A DNA stretch of 64,000 bases from Thermoplasmata archaeon (GTDB taxonomy: Archaea > Thermoplasmatota > Thermoplasmata > Lutacidiplasmatales > SKW197): positions 1,797 through 65,796 of the forward strand of contig JAOAJK010000008.1 of assembly GCA_026414225.1 (NCBI GenBank). The letters run 5' to 3'. Each line of letters begins with the position of its first letter. The first letter of the stretch is position 1. Below, one piece after another: positions 61,066-64,000 of this stretch. Both the position numbers and the translations under genes were made by a program. The notes under the pieces were generated by a model, which was not told where the DNA came from, did not search any database, and saw nothing but the letters and a program-made list of their open reading frames with translations.

Positions 61066-63714
61066 ATGACCCGCAATCCTCTATTTCTGGTTGATAGGGA
61101 GCAGGAGCTTGCATTTTTAAGGCAGGTAATGGAGGAGGGAAAGATAGGTAGAGGCCACACCGTACTTATTACAGGGGATGTTGGCATCGGCAAAACAAGG
61201 CTCGTGGAAGAGTTTATGGATATCTGCCAAAAAGAGGGTTTTGCAGTTCTACCTTCAATCTGTATCGGAAATAACCAGCCAGCATTCCTGCCTGTGGGGA
61301 CTGCACTTCAGACCTATGCGAAGAAGGTTCGTGAGCGACCTGATATGTATGTCCCGATCGGTCTGGCAGGTTTTCAAAGTTTAGAGATTGAAACATCCAA
61401 CCCTGCTGAGGTGGTAAAGGAACGGACAAGAATGCTGGAGTATCTACTTCACCAGTTTGCTGCAATTGCAAAACAGCAGCCAGTGCTTTTTGTGATTGAT
61501 GACCTACATCTTGCCGACTCTGCAACGCTTGCATTCTTCCATTATCTTGCAAGAAATATAAGGAATGAGAGAATTATTGCAGTTGGTACTTTCGTTGAGG
61601 AGTTTGCCAGTACCGAAAATATTTTTGCAAACACCTTGAAGAACATGAACATTGAACGCCTGCCGGCCATCTTGAAACTCGCGAATTTGGGCGAAAAAGA
61701 GATTAACCAAATTGTTGAACAGATGGGATTTGGAGAAACTGAGGAATTGGCTAAATACCTCAATGAAAGAACCTCAGGAAACCCATTGTTCATAATTGAG
61801 TTTCTGGCAGCAACCAAGAACACGGGATTGACGGAGATAGAGGCAATTAAAAAAATGTCACTTCCAGAGAATGTCAAGGACATCGTAAGATTTCGTGTAT
61901 CCAAACTGCCGGAAAGAACGAGGAAGGTTCTTGCCACATGTGCGGTGCTGGGAAGGATATTCGAGTATGGGGTCCTCAGTGCGCTTGCAGGGCTGCAGGA
62001 GGAGGAGTTGCTGGATTCGATTGAGGAACTGATTTCGCAGAATTTCCTGGTTGAAACGGAGGAATTTGAGGAAGGGTATAAGTTCGTAAGCAACACTGCC
62101 CACGAAGTGATATATGCTGATATAACGGGTGTGCGGAGAAGGATACTCCATCAGAAAGCTGCAGAGGTAATCGAGAAACTGCACGGGACGGATGAGCGTT
62201 TTTGGAGCGGACTTGCAAGACATTACAGGGAAGGTGGAAACAAAACCAAGTTTCTGGAGTATGCAGTAAAAGCTGGGCGCAGTGCCGCAAGTAGATTTGC
62301 AAATGCTGAGGCAATTGCCCATCTCAAAGGGGCTTTGGAGGTTTTGGACGAAACGCCGGATAACCTTCAAAAGAGGATTGAAGTTATGTGGGAACTTGCG
62401 GAGGTCCTGGAACTGGAAGGGAGGTACGGGGAAGCGCTGGAAATGCTGGATAAAAGAATCATGGTCACGGCAACAAACAATCCGTTTGAAACTGGGAAAA
62501 GTCATAGAAAAAAATCGGAAATTTCCATTTACAGGGGAGATTACGACCGTGCCTTGGCCGAGTGCGAAAGGGCCGAACAGTTTCTTACAGAATTGACAGA
62601 TGCGAAATTGGAACTTGCAAGGGTTTGGAGTGCAAAGGGAATGGTATATGAGCGAAAAGGGGACTATGTAAAGGGAATCGAGTGGCAGAACAGGGCGCTG
62701 GGGGTGTTTGAGAAAATAAACGCAGAAAAGGATGTCGGAAGTGCCCTCAACAAAATCGGCCTTTGTCTCTGGTATTTAGGGGAGTGTGATAAAGCCCTCG
62801 AACAATATCAAAAATCCCTTGCGATCCGTGAAAAAATAAAAGATTTGCGTGGAATTGCGATGTCATATAACAATATCGGACTAGTCAATGATACCAAGGG
62901 AAATCATGAGAAGGCATTGGGTTACTATGAGAAGAGCCTTGGTATCTGCGAGAAGATTGGTGATGTTTGGGGCATTGCAATCTCCTACAACAACATTGGG
63001 TTAATCTACTCCAGTATGGGGGACTATGATAAAGCATTGAGATACTATGAAAAGAGCATCGGTATCTGCGAAAAGATTGGCGATGTTTGGGGCATTGCTC
63101 TGGTGTGCAACAACATAGGCGCACTCTACGGAAGGAAGGGGGATTATGAGAAAGCACTGGAATATTGCGAGAAAAGTCTTGGGATCTACAAAAAAATAGG
63201 TGATGTTATGGGCATCGCTAGAGCATACGCAGAAATCGCCCTGATACATGAGGCGAAAGGGGACTATGAATTGGCACTAAAATCCTCTCAAGAAACTATT
63301 GCACTCGGAAAACAGATTCAGAATAATGAAATGATTGCCACAGGATTTGTGCAAGTTTGTGAGATATACCTGTCCAAATCCGAGATTGGCCCTGCAAAGG
63401 AGCATCTGAAAGAGGGGAAGAAACATCTGGGAGAACATTGCGATAAAAAATTAATCGCGTATTCCGATTATGTAGAAGGTAAACTTCTGGCAGCAGAGAG
63501 ACGCGAAGAGGAAGCCAGGAAAATTTTGAAAACTGCAATAAAAATGTATGATGAGATTAAATCCCATGACACTGAATATTACATGGCACTGTTTGAGATT
63601 GGCAGAATTGAGCGTGATGTGGAAACTTTAAAAAAATCGCTTGCGTTTTTCGAGAAAATCGGGAACAGGATTTGGGTTGAAAGGGTCAAAGATGTGCTGG
63701 AAAATCTGGGATGA
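61066..63714 (+). CDS. STAND-like AAA NTPase + TPR array
   Basis: LVDREQELAFL...LITGDVGIGKTRL, VLFVIDDLHLAD, and a TPR array with near-identical 40-aa units (YYEKSLGICEKIGDVWGIAISYNNIG / YYEKSIGICEKIGDVWGIALVCNNIG). Confidence 0.8.
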   Translation: MTRNPLFLVDREQELAFLRQVMEEGKIGRGHTVLITGDVGIGKTRLVEEFMDICQKEGFAVLPSICIGNNQPAFLPVGTALQTYAKKVRERPDMYVPIGLAGFQSLEIETSNPAEVVKERTRMLEYLLHQFAAIAKQQPVLFVIDDLHLADSATLAFFHYLARNIRNERIIAVGTFVEEFASTENIFANTLKNMNIERLPAILKLANLGEKEINQIVEQMGFGETEELAKYLNERTSGNPLFIIEFLAATKNTGLTEIEAIKKMSLPENVKDIVRFRVSKLPERTRKVLATCAVLGRIFEYGVLSALAGLQEEELLDSIEELISQNFLVETEEFEEGYKFVSNTAHEVIYADITGVRRRILHQKAAEVIEKLHGTDERFWSGLARHYREGGNKTKFLEYAVKAGRSAASRFANAEAIAHLKGALEVLDETPDNLQKRIEVMWELAEVLELEGRYGEALEMLDKRIMVTATNNPFETGKSHRKKSEISIYRGDYDRALAECERAEQFLTELTDAKLELARVWSAKGMVYERKGDYVKGIEWQNRALGVFEKINAEKDVGSALNKIGLCLWYLGECDKALEQYQKSLAIREKIKDLRGIAMSYNNIGLVNDTKGNHEKALGYYEKSLGICEKIGDVWGIAISYNNIGLIYSSMGDYDKALRYYEKSIGICEKIGDVWGIALVCNNIGALYGRKGDYEKALEYCEKSLGIYKKIGDVMGIARAYAEIALIHEAKGDYELALKSSQETIALGKQIQNNEMIATGFVQVCEIYLSKSEIGPAKEHLKEGKKHLGEHCDKKLIAYSDYVEGKLLAAERREEEARKILKTAIKMYDEIKSHDTEYYMALFEIGRIERDVETLKKSLAFFEKIGNRIWVERVKDVLENLG
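62700..63300 (+). repeat. 120-bp in-frame tandem repeats encoding 40-aa TPR units
   Basis: 62941-63000 vs 63061-63120 align at period exactly 120, with only 2 mismatches in the first 38 nt. Flanking units are progressively more diverged. Confidence 0.7.
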
Positions 63715-63778
63715 GAGATAAACGGATAAAACGAAAATCTCTTTACTCCCTTTTGTTTGTGTGGGGCCGAGGGGAAAA

Positions 63779-64000
63779 ATGAAACTCACCAGCACAGCAA
63801 TTTCAGTTCTGGAGAAAAGGTATCTAGCAAAGGATGAAAACGGCAAAATCACCGAAACGCCCGACCAGATGTTCAGAAGGGTAGCCCGCGCGATTGCTGG
63901 TGCAGAGCTGAACTATGGAACACCCGGGGAGCGCATAAAGAACCTGGAGGAAGAATTTTACAGGATGATGAGCGAGCTTGAATTCCTGCCAAACAGCCCC
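63779..64000 (+). CDS. nrdJ: ribonucleotide reductase, class II-like (adenosylcobalamin-dependent), N-terminal 74 codons; continues past window end
   Basis: Not in the track because it is open-ended. MKLTSTAISVLEKRYLAKDENGKITETPDQMFRRVARAIA...EEFYRMMSELEFLPNSP is the typical RNR N-terminal pattern (vlekRYL...E.p..mf.RVA...f.PnsP). Confidence 0.7.
   Translation, partial: MKLTSTAISVLEKRYLAKDENGKITETPDQMFRRVARAIAGAELNYGTPGERIKNLEEEFYRMMSELEFLPNSP

Noticed and set aside
62700-63300. Regular 120-bp repeats considered as a possible CRISPR-like or satellite array
   Set aside because: The repeats are in frame within a long ORF and encode TPR helices. There is no repeat-spacer alternation and no cas genes. 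No CRISPR array was seen anywhere in the window.

Overview
The window is a dense (about 90% coding) archaeal chromosomal segment. Evidence for an archaeal origin: archaeal-type riboflavin genes (ribB-ribL-ribC-ribH), an initiator tRNA-Met with an A1:U72 end, a Sulfolobus-type single-OB SSB, TruD, FtsZ, a Cdc48-like AAA+ ATPase, AT-rich TATA-like elements 20-35 nt upstream of starts, and many 4-nt ATGA gene overlaps. I cannot assign a lineage from sequence alone; bacterial-type purH plus a single-OB SSB is compatible with a Thermoplasmata-like or other uncultivated euryarchaeote. I saw no rRNA, CRISPR array, transposase or integrase. All family calls come from motif recognition in the supplied translations, with no searches run. 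Housekeeping content: cysS (partial), the rib operon, uppP, two tRNAs, ssb, a PGM/PMM-family mutase, a CoADR/Nox-type oxidoreductase, purH, a radical SAM protein, mptE, FKBP, DUF89, truD, endonuclease IV-like, a GT4 glycosyltransferase, ftsZ, gyaR and nrdJ (partial). Most interesting candidates: (1) a tight four-gene operon (26814-33819, minus strand) with two tandem paralogous, heavily sequon-decorated tail-anchored surface proteins that share a near-identical cytoplasmic tail, followed by a polytopic-membrane double-AAA+ Cdc48-like ATPase and a small membrane protein; (2) three paralogous STAND-like AAA/TPR NTPases next to a tandem pair of V4R-like ligand-binding proteins (52979-63714), one NTPase carrying a sensor-like insertion inside its ATPase domain; (3) an RHH-RHH / ftsZ / degenerate FtsZ-like trio; (4) a zinc-ribbon/coiled-coil giant ending in a KaiC-like domain with a non-canonical P-loop; (5) a RimK-type ATP-grasp + GNAT cassette; (6) a deaminase/flavoprotein module and an unknown ORF embedded in the riboflavin operon; (7) a decayed beta-helix/FN3 surface protein pseudogene.
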